The notes beneath the pieces are model-generated. The model was not told where the DNA came from. It ran no database searches and saw nothing but the letters and a program-made list of their open reading frames with translations. A program made the translations under genes and the position numbers. A DNA stretch of 64,000 nucleotides from the NCBI RefSeq assembly GCF_020745735.1, contig NC_083421.1, forward strand, positions 53,683,001-53,747,000, in the 5' to 3' direction. Shown one piece after another: positions 28,281 through 39,983 of the stretch; positions within the stretch are counted from its first letter, which is position 1, and each line of letters starts with the position of its first letter. The DNA is from Hemiscyllium ocellatum. Its lineage: Eukaryota.

Positions 28281-28756
28281 GCCTTAGAGTCTTATGGTCT
28301 ATTTGTGGAACCTCCTCCTCCAATGAGTTATTTAAGTGCCCTCCTTTTCTTTCCTTTTACATTTACTTCCAGTCCTCAATAGAAAGTGATGATGTGGAGT
28401 TGTGTTCCATCACATTCTGCTCATTTAATTAGGATTCTAGGTACTCCAAGATGGAGAACAGGAGAATATTGTGTCTGTAAGAGCTGCTCCTTTTTAAAAG
28501 TATTTTCAGTGTTGAAGCTGATTTTCTCAAATTCTAGGAGCAGTATTTACTGTTGGATAATGTGTTGCATTGTTTTGGAACTTTGGAAAAAAATTAAATC
28601 AAAACAGCAGCACTTTAAAAAGGAAGAAGAGAGACAAAGCAGTGACCATATGGGAGGTGAAACAGAGGAGTAAACCTCCACAGCTGTCTGAGCCAGGGGT
28701 GAACTTGCACGGTTGACTGCCTCTGCTGTTTGGTTTCAAGTCTAATAACCAAGGGC

Positions 28757-29047
28757 TTTTCCAAAACTAGAGGGCAAAGGTTTATATTGAGAGGGGATAG
28801 ATTTAAAAGGATCCTAAGGGGCAACATTTTCATGCAGAGGGTGGTGCTGGTGCCAGAGGAAGTGGTGGAGGCTGGTACAATTACAACATTTAAAAGACAT
28901 CTGGATGGCTATAAGAATAGGAAAGGTTTAGAGGGATAGGGGCAGGTGCTGGCAAATGGGACTAGATTAATTTAGGATATCTGGGTGACATGGATGAGTT
29001 GGACTGAAGAGTCTGTTTCCATGCTGTACATCTCTATGACTCTATAA
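28757..29047 (+). mobile_element. CR1 3' fragment
   Basis: TFKRHLDGY motif; tail ctctatgactctata. Confidence 0.85.
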
Positions 29048-29138
29048 CTTGAAAACAGACAAGCCAACAACCAAGAGAGCAAAGTTGAAAATACAAGTTG
29101 CACAGCAGATACAATCCGAAGGCACACACACACACAAC

Positions 29139-29297
29139 CTGTGCTTTAAGTTGTTTCGATTCTTGCGTTGTGAATTCAGTTTGAAGGTCTTTGGAAATAT
29201 CCATCTTATCAATAATCTCTAATATCCGTTTTCTCAGGGAGTCACATTCATCTTCTGTGAAAAATCCTTCGATTTTAACAAAGCCATCTTTGTTGAG
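29139..29297 (-). CDS. PHYHD1: PHYHD1 coding exon 2 (LNKDGFVKIEGFFTEDEC...KQLKAQ)
   Basis: 159 nt, AG/GT flanks; aligns to FQQDGFLVLEGFLSAEEC...EQLRAQ of mammalian PHYHD1. Confidence 0.95.
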
Positions 29298-30133
29298 CTG
29301 AAGATGAAGGAAAAAACAGCAAACATTTAGCAGGCAAATTGGATCAGAATTTGCTCTTATTAACCTCTTTACTAATGGTCAGCTTAACTTAACAATACCT
29401 GCTCATTTTTCAGTGAGATAGTTTCAGGTACAAACCTGGTTAGGTTACAATTCAGCAGTGTTTAGCACATTATCTTACCTATAGCTCAATGCAGTACTGA
29501 CGGAGTGCTACACAATCAGAGACACTCACAAAGCATACCAGTCAGATCTTCAAATCTACTCTGCCATTTAATAAGATTACGGCTGATCTGTTTGTGTTTT
29601 GAATTCCACATTCACATCTACACCCAATAATCTCTAATTCCTTGGCCTAATAAGAATCTACTTATGTCTACCTTAAAAATATTCAACGATCTCACCTCCA
29701 TGCTTTCTGAGGCAGAATCCCAAAGTTGCTGAACCCTCTAAAAAAAAATTATCCTCATCTCTGTCCTAAAAGGGTGACCAATTTTAAAACCGTGCCTCCT
29801 TATTCTGGATGCACACACAAGAGGAAACATCCTTTCCAATTCCACCTTGTCAAATCCATTAAAAGGAAGTTATTAAATTGGAGAGACTTCAGAGGAGATT
29901 TACCGAAGTGTTGCCAGGAGTGAATGTTTGAGTTATAAAAATAGGCTGGAACTTTTTTTTACTAAAGCAGAGGAGGTTGAGGGGTGACTTATCGAGGCTG
30001 ATAAAATCATGAGGAGTACGGATAAGCTAAATAGCAAGGGGCTTTTCCCTAGGGTGAGGAGTTCAAAACTAGGGAACGTATTTTTAAAGACAAAAACAAT
30101 GTAGCACAGGAACAGGCCCTTTGGCCCTTCAAG

Positions 30134-30228
30134 TCAAGAGTGTGGTGCTGGAAAGGCACAGCAGGTCAGGCAGCATCCGAGCAGCAGTAGAATCGACGTT
30201 TCAGGCACGAGCCCTTCATCAGGAATGA
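30134..30228 (-). mobile_element. Short Penelope terminal fragment carrying a hammerhead motif (30190-30227)
   Basis: Minus strand reads cattcCTGATGAagggctcgtgcctGAAACGTCgattc. Confidence 0.7.
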
Positions 30229-30867
30229 GGCCCTCCAAGCCTACGCCGACACATTTTGTCCTTCCATATTAAAGTGTCTTCACTTACAGTATTCGTATCC
30301 CTCTATTCCGTTCCTATTCACGCATGCACCCAGGTGCTTCTTAAATGCTGCTTTGTGTCTGCTTTCACCACCTCCTCTGGCAACACCTTTTAAGTTGAGG
30401 ACAGCAGTTGCTCTCTCTCAAATTAAATTTGAAATTCAACCATTTTGTGCATATACTCTGAATTTAGCATCAGGGTTAGGTGAAGTTTAATGTTGAGAAT
30501 ATTAGCAAGCTTTAGGCAGAGCATTCCAGAATGGCAGAAGCAAGAGGTTGAAGATTTTGCCACTGATGATGTGGTGGAAAGAGGGAGCAATGCATGGTAG
30601 ACCAGAAGAGCAGTGGGAGAAGGTAGAAATGTTGCATAATCACACATGCTGTAGTTTTAACCAGCTAACTGATGTCTCTTTCTTGGAAAGTCCACCAAAA
30701 TTCTTGCCTGGGTACCAATTCTTTCCCTTAATACCTTTTTTACTCCTGCTGTTTGACAATTAATTTATCTGATATGATTGAGAGTTTAGAAACAGTCCAT
30801 ATAAGGGACAAATACATACCCTATTAAGTTAGTAAGCTATGATCAAAATTCTCAATTAATAAGCAAT

Positions 30868-32510
30868 CTGGAGCGTCGGAAGCTGAGGGGTGACCTTACA
30901 GAGGTTTATAAAATCATGAGGGGCATGGATAGGATAAATAGACAAAGTCTCTTCCCTGGGGTGGGGGAGTCCAGATCTATAAGGCATATGTATAGGGCGA
31001 GAAGGGAAAGATATAAAAGAGACCTAAGCTTTTTCATGCGGAGGGTGGTACATGTATGGAATGAGCTGCCAGAGGAAATGTTGGAGGCTGGTACAATTGC
31101 AACATTTAAAAGCTATTTGGATGAGTATATGAATAGGAAGTGTTTGGAGAGATATGGGCTGGGTGCTAGCAGGAGAGACTAGATTGGGTTGGGATATCTG
31201 GTTGGCATGGACGGATTGACCGAAGGGTCTGTTTCTGTGCTGTACATCTCTATGACTCTGTGACATTGCAGGCACTCGCCACATATATATCTTCTAAACT
31301 TGCCCCTTCACACCTTGAACCTGTATCCCCTAATAAGTGACTGCTCCATCCTGGGAAAAAGCCTCATACTTGCCACTCTATCCATGCGTTGCCTCACATT
31401 TGTCCATATTAAACTCCATCTGCCATTTTTCTGCTCATGCCTCCAACTGATCTACATCCTGCTGTACCCTCTGACAATCCTCCTCACTACCCACAACTCC
31501 AGCAATCTTTGTATCATCCACAAGCTTACTAATTAGAACAGCTATGTTTTCCTCCAAATCATTTATGTAGATCATGAACAGCAGAGGTTCCAGAACTGAT
31601 CCCTGTGGAACACCCATAGTCAGAGCCTTCCATTCTGAAAAATATCCTTCCACCACTACCCTCTGTCTCTAACACTAAGCCAGTTCTGTATCCATCTTGC
31701 CAGCTCACCCCTGATACCATGTGACTTTACCTTTTGTACTAGTCTGCCATGAGGGACCTTGTCAAAGTCTTTAGTGAAGTCCAATGCAGACAACATCAAC
31801 CACTTTTCCCTCATCAATCATCTCCAACGCCTTCTTAAAAAACTCAATAAAGTTAGTGAGGCATGACATCCCCCACAAAAAAAAACATTCTGTTTATCAC
31901 TAATAAGTCCATTTACTTCGAAATGCTTATAGATCTTGTCCCTGAGAATCTTTTCCAATAATTTCCCTCACTGACAGGCTCACAGGCCTGTAATTTCCTG
32001 GATTATCCCTGTCACCCTTGTTAAACAGTGAGACAACACTGGACTATTCTCCAGTCCTCTGGAATCTCACCTGTGGCCAAAGAGAATATAAAACTGTCTA
32101 TCAATGCTCCAGCAATTTGTTATCTTGCCTCCCTCAATATTCTGGGATAGATCCCATCATGATCCACAGACTTGTACTTTTTAAGATGTACAACACCTCT
32201 TCCTTTTTAATAGCAGCTTGGCTTTGAAATTTGACACTGAAAGGAGAAAGTTTTAAAAAGCATGAAGGCCAAATTTTTGTATACAGAGTGGTTTGTGTGC
32301 TAAAAGAACTGCCAGAGAAAGTGGTGGATGCAGGTACAGTTACAACATTTAAAAGACATTTGAATAGGTACTGAATATGAAAGGTTCAGAGGGATGCAGG
32401 CCGGATCCAGACCAAACACAGGCTAGTGGAACTAGTTTAGCTTGAGAACATGATCAGCATGGGCTCGTTAGATCAAAGGGCCTGTTTCCATGCTATATAG
32501 TCTATGAACG
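30868..32510. mobile_element. Cluster of CR1 fragments (+ 30868-31262, - 31262-32230, + 32240-32510)
   Basis: GVPQGSVLEPLLF...LVDDTK on minus; CR1 3' ends on plus. Confidence 0.85.
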
Positions 32511-32804
32511 TGTTTGCAGATTTCAGTGGAACCAGTGGCAAATTACAGTTTGCAATAGCAATATCATGGGTTGGGGCAGGGAGACAAAATTAACTAGTTT
32601 CTGCTCTAACTTCTTATTCAATAATCCCTTGCATATGGGAAGTGAACCTGAATGAACAGTGATATAGTTCCATATGAGGATGGTGCGTGGTTTTGTAGGG
32701 AAATATGCAGGTTTGATGTATGTTTCCATGCATCTGCTGCCCTTGCCTTTTTGGGTGGGCAAGGGCGCAGGCATGGAAGTCGCAGTCAGGTAATGGTTTT
32801 ACAC

Positions 32805-34375
32805 TGATATAAAACAAAGCACTGTGGATGCTGCAGATCAGTAACAAAAACAGAAACTGCTAGGAAAACTCAGCAGGCCTGGGAGCATCTGTGTAGTGAA
32901 ACAAGAGTTAATGTTTAGAATCAAGGAATCATTCATTATACTGAAAACAGCTGGGAAAAGGTGGTCTTGATGCTCTTGATGGGAGGGGAAAGTGTGAAAG
33001 AATGAGACAGATAAATGGAGATGGTGCCCAGAGACAGAGATAGAGAGAGAAGGAGAGAGAGAGAAGGAGAGAGAGAGAGAAGGGATGCAGGGAAAGGGTT
33101 TGCTGACAATAAGTCAAGGGAGAAGTTAATGCTGAATTGGTGATAACAAGGACTGTGAATAGTTGAAAATGGTCAGCTGTGCTGGGAGCAGCCCTTACAG
33201 AACAGGATCTGGGAGTGTGGGAATGAATACTAAACATGGAGAAGGGTGCTCATGTTCTGAAATTATTAAACTCAATGTTGAGTCCTGAGGTCTATAAGCT
33301 ACCTAGGTGGAAGATGGAGATGTTGTTCCGCCAGTTCACATTAAGTCTCACTGGAGCACTGCAGTAGGCCTGAGGTACAAATGTTAGCAGGGCAACATGG
33401 TAATGTATTGAAGTGGCAGTCAACTGAAACCTTGGGGTCATTTTACAGATAAAGTGGAGGTGTTCAGCAAAGCAGTTACCCAGTCTGTGTTTCATCTTCC
33501 CAATGTAGAGAAGACCACATTGTGAGCAACGAATACAATAGACTTGATTGTGTGAAGTGCAGGTAAATTGCTGCTTTACTGGGAAAGTGTGGCTGGGCCT
33601 TGGATAGTCAGGGGTGGGGAGATAAACAGTTAAATGCAACTGCATGGGCAAGTGTTGTAGAGGCGTGGGGAAGTGTACGGAGTAAAGAAGGAGTGAACCA
33701 GGTTGTCCCAGAGGCAATGCTCTCTGTGAAATGTTGAGAAGGGGAGGGCAGGGGGATATTTGTCTGATGGTGACATATCCCTGGAGGCGGTGGAAATCGT
33801 AGCTAATGATCTTTTGGATGCAGAGGCTGGTGGAGTGGAAACCGAGAAGAGAGGAACTCTATCTGTGCTGGGTGACAGAAGGGATGGGGTGAGAGCAGAA
33901 GTGCAGGAAATGGGTCAGATATGGCTGAGGGCTCTGTCAACCACATCCATGGGCAATTCTCAGTTGAGGAAGATGATGAAGATTTCAGAGACTTGCCTGT
34001 GGAAGGTAGCATTATCACAATAGATGTGACGGAGATGAAGAAACTGGGAGAATAAAGTCCATACAGTAAGCAGAGTGTGAGGACACGCAGTCAAGGTAAT
34101 TGTGGATGTTGGTAGGTTTGTGGTGATATCAGTGCCCAGCCTATCCCTGGAAATAGAAAAAGAGATGTCAAGGAAGGGAAGGCAGGAGTCAGAAGTGATT
34201 CAGGTGAAGGTGAGGAAAGGATGGAAATTGGAAGTAAAGTTGATCATTTTTTTCCAATTCTGGACGAGAGGAGGAAGCAGCACAATCATGTCATCACTGT
34301 ACTGGAAAAAGAGTTGTGGGCATGCATCAAAGTAAGACTGGTACAAGGAATGCAGTTCCTAAGAAGGCAAGCATA
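32805..34375 (-). mobile_element. Penelope-like element 3' half with GIY-YIG endonuclease
   Basis: FTCTSHNQVYCIRCSQCGLLYIGKMKHRLGNCFAEH (in ORF 33292..33717), followed by the pyrimidine-rich 3' terminal repeat. Confidence 0.85.
33030..33083 (+). repeat. Imperfect (GA)n microsatellite
   Basis: gagagagaaggagagagagagaaggagagagagagagaagg. Confidence 0.85.
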
Positions 34376-34379
34376 AGCC

Positions 34380-35300
34380 TTTGTGAAAGATAGATGGTAC
34401 ACACAACTGCTACTGCGCATCAGTAATAGAGAGTGTGAATACTGAATATGCTGGATGGAGTGCTAATCAGAGCAGGTTGCTTTGGCTTGAATGGTGTTGA
34501 GCTTCCTGAGACTTGTTGGAAATGCACTGATCCAGGAAAGTGCAGAGCGTAGCATCACAATCCTGACTTGTCCCCAGTAAACGGTGAACAGGCTTTGTGG
34601 AGGTAGCAAGTGAGTTGTTTGCCACAGAATTCCCAGCTTCTAACCTGTACTTCTAAGGAAAGTAATTATTTGGCTGGACCAGGTCAATCGTAACCCCAGG
34701 ATGTTGATAGTGGAGGATCCAGTAATGTTAATCCTTTTTGATGTCAACAAGATGTGTTCAGATTATTTCTTGTTGGAGATGGTTATTGCCTGACACTTGT
34801 GTGGTACTAGCTATTATCCCTCCCCTCCAAACCTGAATATTGTTGAAAGTTTGAGCTTATGGACACAGACAGCTTCAGTACCAGAGGACTTGCAAATAGT
34901 GCTGAACATTGTGCAACCATCAGAGAAAATCTTGTTTCTGATCTTATAATGGCGGAAAAGACGTTGATGAAGCAGCTGAAGATGGATGCATCCATGACAT
35001 TAGCCTGAGGAACACTTGCATCATTATCTCAGAACTGAGATGATTGATATTGAACAACTACAACTGTCTTACTTTGTGCTAGGCATGTCACCTCTCCATT
35101 GGAGCGATTTCCCTATGATTCCCATTGCCTCCAGTTTTGCTAGGGTTCCTTGACACCATTCTTGGTCAAATGCCACCTTAATATTTAGGGCAGTCACTTG
35201 CAAATCTCCAAACGAGTTCAGTTCTTTTGTCCATTTTTGGATCAAGACTATAATAAAGTCAGGAGCAGAGTGGCCCTGGTGGAAAACAAATGGAACATCT
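34380..35300 (-). mobile_element. Old CR1-group LINE RT fragment (different subfamily; related plus copy at about 43150-43740)
   Basis: IFSCFIN...IIRSE...FADD-region remnant. Confidence 0.6.
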
Positions 35301-35566
35301 GCTGGAAAATAAAACAGAGAACTGCGGATGCTGGAGATCTGAAACTAAAAGAAAAATTGCTGGCAAAAACTCAACAGGTCTGGCAGCATCTGTGGCAGGA
35401 AAGCAGAGTTGATGTTTCGAGTGTGGTCAGCATTTCTTGCTAGCAATTTCTGTTTTTTTTGGTGAACATCTGCAGACTGGTTATTACTAAGTGTCACTTG
35501 ATTGCAGTCTGAACAACTGTAGGAATTGGCCAGGTTGAAGTTGTCCTGTTTGAATTGGACAGGACA

Positions 35567-35817
35567 TTAGATTAGATTACTTACAGTGTGGAAACAGGCC
35601 CTTCGGCCCAACAAGTCCACACCGACCCGCCGAAGCGCAACCCACCCATACCCCTACATTTACCCCTTACCTAACACTACGGGCAATTTAGCATGGCCAA
35701 TTCACCTGACCTGCACATCTTTGGACTGTGGGAGGAAACTGGAGCACCCGGAGGAAACCCACGCAGACACGGGGAGAACGTGCAGACTCCACACAGTCAG
35801 TCGCCTGAGGCGGGAAC
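35567..35817 (-). mobile_element. V-SINE (HE1-like), 5'-truncated
   Basis: Same family; stops within the B box. Confidence 0.88.
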
Positions 35818-36449
35818 TGAGTAACTATTCACAATGCCGGTGTGATGCCACATTGCTGAGTGTAAACTGTTCTGGGACAGTTTAGCTGTACAGCTTGTTC
35901 CAGAGCACAATTCCTTCAGTACTATTGTCAGAACTTTGTTAGGGTTCATTGCCCTAACGCCTTCAGCTCTTTATCAGTGGAGTGAATCGAACTGACTCAA
36001 CACCTGGTTCTATGAGGTCAGGAGGATGAAAAAAATAGATCCAATCAGCACATCTGGTTGAAGGTGGTTGTAAACCACAACTAATGTTACGATTTGCGAC
36101 GCAGTCCCGTACAAAATGGGAACTAAATTCTGTGCTCTCAATCTAGCTATATCGTTTGAATCTAGATTAACGTAAAATTAATGTTAGAATGTAATTTAAC
36201 TCCAGGACAAATGTGGATTCAATGTGATGGTAACAGAAAAGCAAACCACTGAGCATGCTGGGAATCTAACATAAAAACAAAAAAAGGTCTGAAAATATTG
36301 CTGGAAAAACTCATCAGGTCTGCCTGCATTTGCGGAGAGAACGCAGAGTTAACGTCTCGGGGGTCTAGTGACTCCAAAACATGAAAATATTCAGTCTGAC
36401 AGCATCAGATCACTTTTTGGAAAGATGACCTCTCCCAACATCGTCCTGA

Positions 36450-36790
36450 AATCTGCTTGAAATCTTGTCGTATTTCCCAGCTTCGGGTTATATGCCACAC
36501 TGTCCGAGCCCCCGCGGCATTGAAACAGACTCGATACATTTTCTGGTAGCAATGCAAAAGTAAAGCGTGAGGGTGAAACGGTCTCCCCAGGCACTTTCTA
36601 AAGCTGGCGAATCCCTGTTTGACGGGCAGAATGTCTGTCACTCACCGCTGCACGGAGGTCCACGCTGCCCATGTTTCTTTCCAATCGGTTCACTTCCAGG
36701 AACAGAGCAGGCAAACTGAGAAAGAGAAAAGGTGAAAGGGGCAAAGTTCGGCTTACCCACTCCACCCCCCGCAAGGAGTTGGCAGGTCAC
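36450..36790 (-). promoter_or_regulatory. CpG-enriched region around the probable PHYHD1 first exon and promoter
   Basis: Visibly more CG dinucleotides than the CpG-depleted flanks; surrounds the ATG exon; CCAAT at 36681-36685 and TTCCAGGAA at 36694-36702. Confidence 0.5.
36646..36672 (-). CDS. PHYHD1: PHYHD1 coding exon 1 (MGSVDLRAA)
   Basis: ATG at 36672-36670, 9 codons, then GTGAGT donor in phase 0 matching exon 2. Sits in the locally CpG-rich region. Too short and divergent to confirm by homology. Confidence 0.65.
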
Positions 36791-37044
36791 TCTCACAAAC
36801 TTCCTGCCACATCACTTTTTATTCCAAAACTATGTTTCATTCAGAAAAAGAATTAAACATGGTCTCTGAAGCGGTTCTGTCCTTATGCAGTAACATTAGA
36901 AGGAACAAACATTAGAGTTTGACTGTATCCAACAAGTACATCACAGGCATTACTCACTTGTACAAGATTATATTCACATATATTTAATGCATCGGGAGAG
37001 CTCGAAAACTGAACGGATCCCCATTTAACTTCAGCAGGAAGATC

Positions 37045-37160
37045 TCAGACAGTGGTCTTTCCCCAGTGAACCTTGGTGAAAGCTGCCCCAAGCTTTAGTG
37101 CCTCCCTCAGCATTTAGTCCTGGACCTTGGAATGGGCCAATCTGCAACACTCAGTCCAGA
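37045..37160 (-). mobile_element. Tx1/L1-clade ORF2 C-terminal fragment
   Basis: Minus strand reads TECCRLAHSKVQD*MLREALKLGAAFTKVHWGKTTV*; family recognised from memory. Confidence 0.55.
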
Positions 37161-37835
37161 TCACGCTGAGCAAGAGGATTAAACTGCTGTTAGCTTCAAC
37201 CAATGTCCTTCAAAGGGATTGTGTGTTTGTGCAAAGATTAACACCACACAGCTGTAGTGGTCTGATGCCGAAACAAGTATTTAAACTGGGGTTCTGTTTA
37301 CCATGCTGAAACAAAAGAAAGGCTACACATTGAACGAAGAGAGAAAAAAAAATCCAAGCTGATTGGTCATTAATTGAGGTCAGTCGTTTGCGAATACTGG
37401 ATAAGAAACTTTTGAAAAGTTACTTTGACTTAATTCTATGCCCCCAGCTTCTAACAGGACAACCATGTATCTGTTGCTGTCTGAAGATGGCGTACGAATA
37501 CGAACAGTGAGCAAGCTGACAGTAGTGATCTTGGAGCATTATGGCATTGGGAAACAGTGCAAACTAAAGGCCCAGGAACAGGAGAACTCTGTCCAGACCA
37601 CGATTGAAATATTGTCTTCTTTAAGAACAGGAGTAGGCCACTTCTTGTGGGCCTACTTTTTGTCTCATTTCTTTTAATACCTCTGGTTAACAATCATTTA
37701 GCAATTTCAGAATTAAAATGAATAACTGACATCACGTGCATTTGTGGAACATCTATCACTCTTTGCTAACAGGTGGAATCATCTCACTCCATTCCTAAAG
37801 ATCTGGCTTTTTTTTTGGGGTGTATCTAATATACA

Positions 37836-38985
37836 AGGTTCCCCATGGGAGACAGGTTAGCAAGGTTAGATCTCATGGAATACTGGGAGAACTACTCATT
37901 TGGATATACAACCAGCTTGAAGGTAGAATACAGAGGGTGGTGGTGGAGGGTTGTTTTTCAGACTGGAGGCCTGTGACCAGTGGAGTGCCACAAGCATCAG
38001 TGCTGGGCCCACTACTTTTCATCATTTATATAAATTATTTGGATGTGAGCATAAGAGGTACAGTTAGTAAGTTTGCAGATGACACCAAAATTGGAGGTGT
38101 AGTGGATGGCAAAGAGCGTTACCTCAGATTACAATGGGATCTTGATCAGATGGGCCAATTGGCTGAGAAGTGGCAGATGGAGTTTAATTCAGATAAATAC
38201 AAGGTGCTGCATTTTGGGAAAGCAAATCTTAGCAGGATTTATACACTTAATGTTAAGGTCCGAGGGAGTGTTGCTGTACAAAGAACCCTTAGAGTGCAGG
38301 TTCATAGCTCCTTGAAAGTGGAGTCACAGGTAGATAAGATAGTGAAGAAGGCATTTGGTATGCTTTCTTTTATTGGTCAGAGTATTGAGTACAGGGGTTG
38401 GGAGGTCATGTTGCAGCTGTTCAGGACATTGGTTAGGCCACTGTTGGAATATTGTGTGCAGTTCTGGTCTCCTTCCTATCGGAAAGATGTTGTGAAACTT
38501 GAAAGGGTTCAGAAAAGATTTACAAGATGTTGGCAGGGTTGGAGGATTAGAGCTATAGCGACAGGCTGAACAGGCTGGGGCTGTTACCCCTGGAGCATCG
38601 GAGATTGAGGGGTGACCTTACAGAGATTTACAAAATCATGAGGGGCATGGATAGGATAAATAGACAAAGTTTTTTCCCCTGGGGTCGGGGAATCCAGAAC
38701 TAGAGGGCATAGGTTTAGGGTGAGAGGGGAAAGATATAAAAGAGACCTAAGGGGAAACTTTTTCACACAGAGGATGATGCGTGTATGGAATGAGCTGCCA
38801 GAGGATGTGGTAGAGGCTGGTACAATTGCAACATTTAAAAGGCATTTGGATGGGTATATGAATAGGAAGGGTCTGGTGGGATATGGGCTGATAGGTGGGA
38901 CTAGATTCGTTTGGGATATCTGGTTGGCATGGAGGGGTTGGACCGAAGGGTCTGTTTCCATGCTGTACGTCTCTATGACTCTATA
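37836..38985 (+). mobile_element. CR1 LINE 3' fragment (RT C-terminal half + 3' UTR)
   Basis: SGVPQASVLGPLLF, KFADDTK, LVRPLLEYCVQFWSP; tail ctctatgactctata. Confidence 0.93.
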
Positions 38986-39983
38986 ACACTGAACAATCCT
39001 GGGAACCATATGGGAAGTATTTTTAGTTCAAATAAATGCAACTGTAATGTGTGCAATTTATCGTACACTTGCCATGATACAATGAGGACAATGGTCCCCT
39101 AGTATTTTAAACCCAGTCAAAACGGGGTTTAGAGGAACTTCTCAAAATATGAAATCACTCATACTTCAGTTGTTGCAATTTGAATAAATTGTGATGCATT
39201 GTACCTAACTTCTCTGTGAATGATTAGCTTTCCTTATTAAAAAAGATGGACACATTCTGTGTGACCATATGTGCAGTCAGTTAGTCTGAATCAACAAAAA
39301 CCTAAAAAGGAAATACACTTACAACAATTCTCCACTTAGTGCCTGGTTTTATAAACTGTTTGATGTCAGACCACCAACAAGGAACTAGAGCGGGTCAGCA
39401 AGCTAGAGACTTGATTGTTGGTTTATGTTGGCCTCAAAGTGGCAGTACGTTGTATAATTGATCATAGTTCCACTGTGGTGGAAAATTGAAAATTCAAATA
39501 TACATCCTATATCAGCCAATAATCGTATTGGAAAAACACATTTGAAGGCAAAGAGTGAAAAGAAAATGATGGCTATGGTCTTCATGAGTGATTTTTGTTC
39601 TATCACAAGGTCAGAATGTCTGTTTCCTGACCATTAGTTCAACTCCATTTACTACTCCTGTAATAATTAGCTAACCTGTACCAATCAACAACAGGATTTG
39701 GATAGCAGCCAGGCTTGGGTTTGACAAATGGTAGATAGTGTTGATGCCACTTTAGGGGCCAGTGTAAGTCTCAGTGTAAGCCTAACCAACAAAGGTTAAT
39801 CTTTAACATATAACAATACCAGTCTGAATGAGAGGTGTATGTTTTATTCAAAATCTTTCTTTCTGTGATACAAAAGCTATATTTAGTTCTAATTAGTTGA
39901 TTTCTTTTCATATATCCAGAATCTTTACTCATGAGGGAACAACTTCTTTGGAACTAACCTACTAATATCTGGTGCTTCTTGTT

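Noticed and set aside
37483-37493. AAGATGGCG YY1-like motif suggesting a divergent plus-strand promoter
   Set aside because: Single short motif with no supporting exon or ORF.
37820-38569. 249-aa ORF as a host gene
   Set aside because: 5'-truncated CR1 reverse transcriptase with a downstream frameshift.
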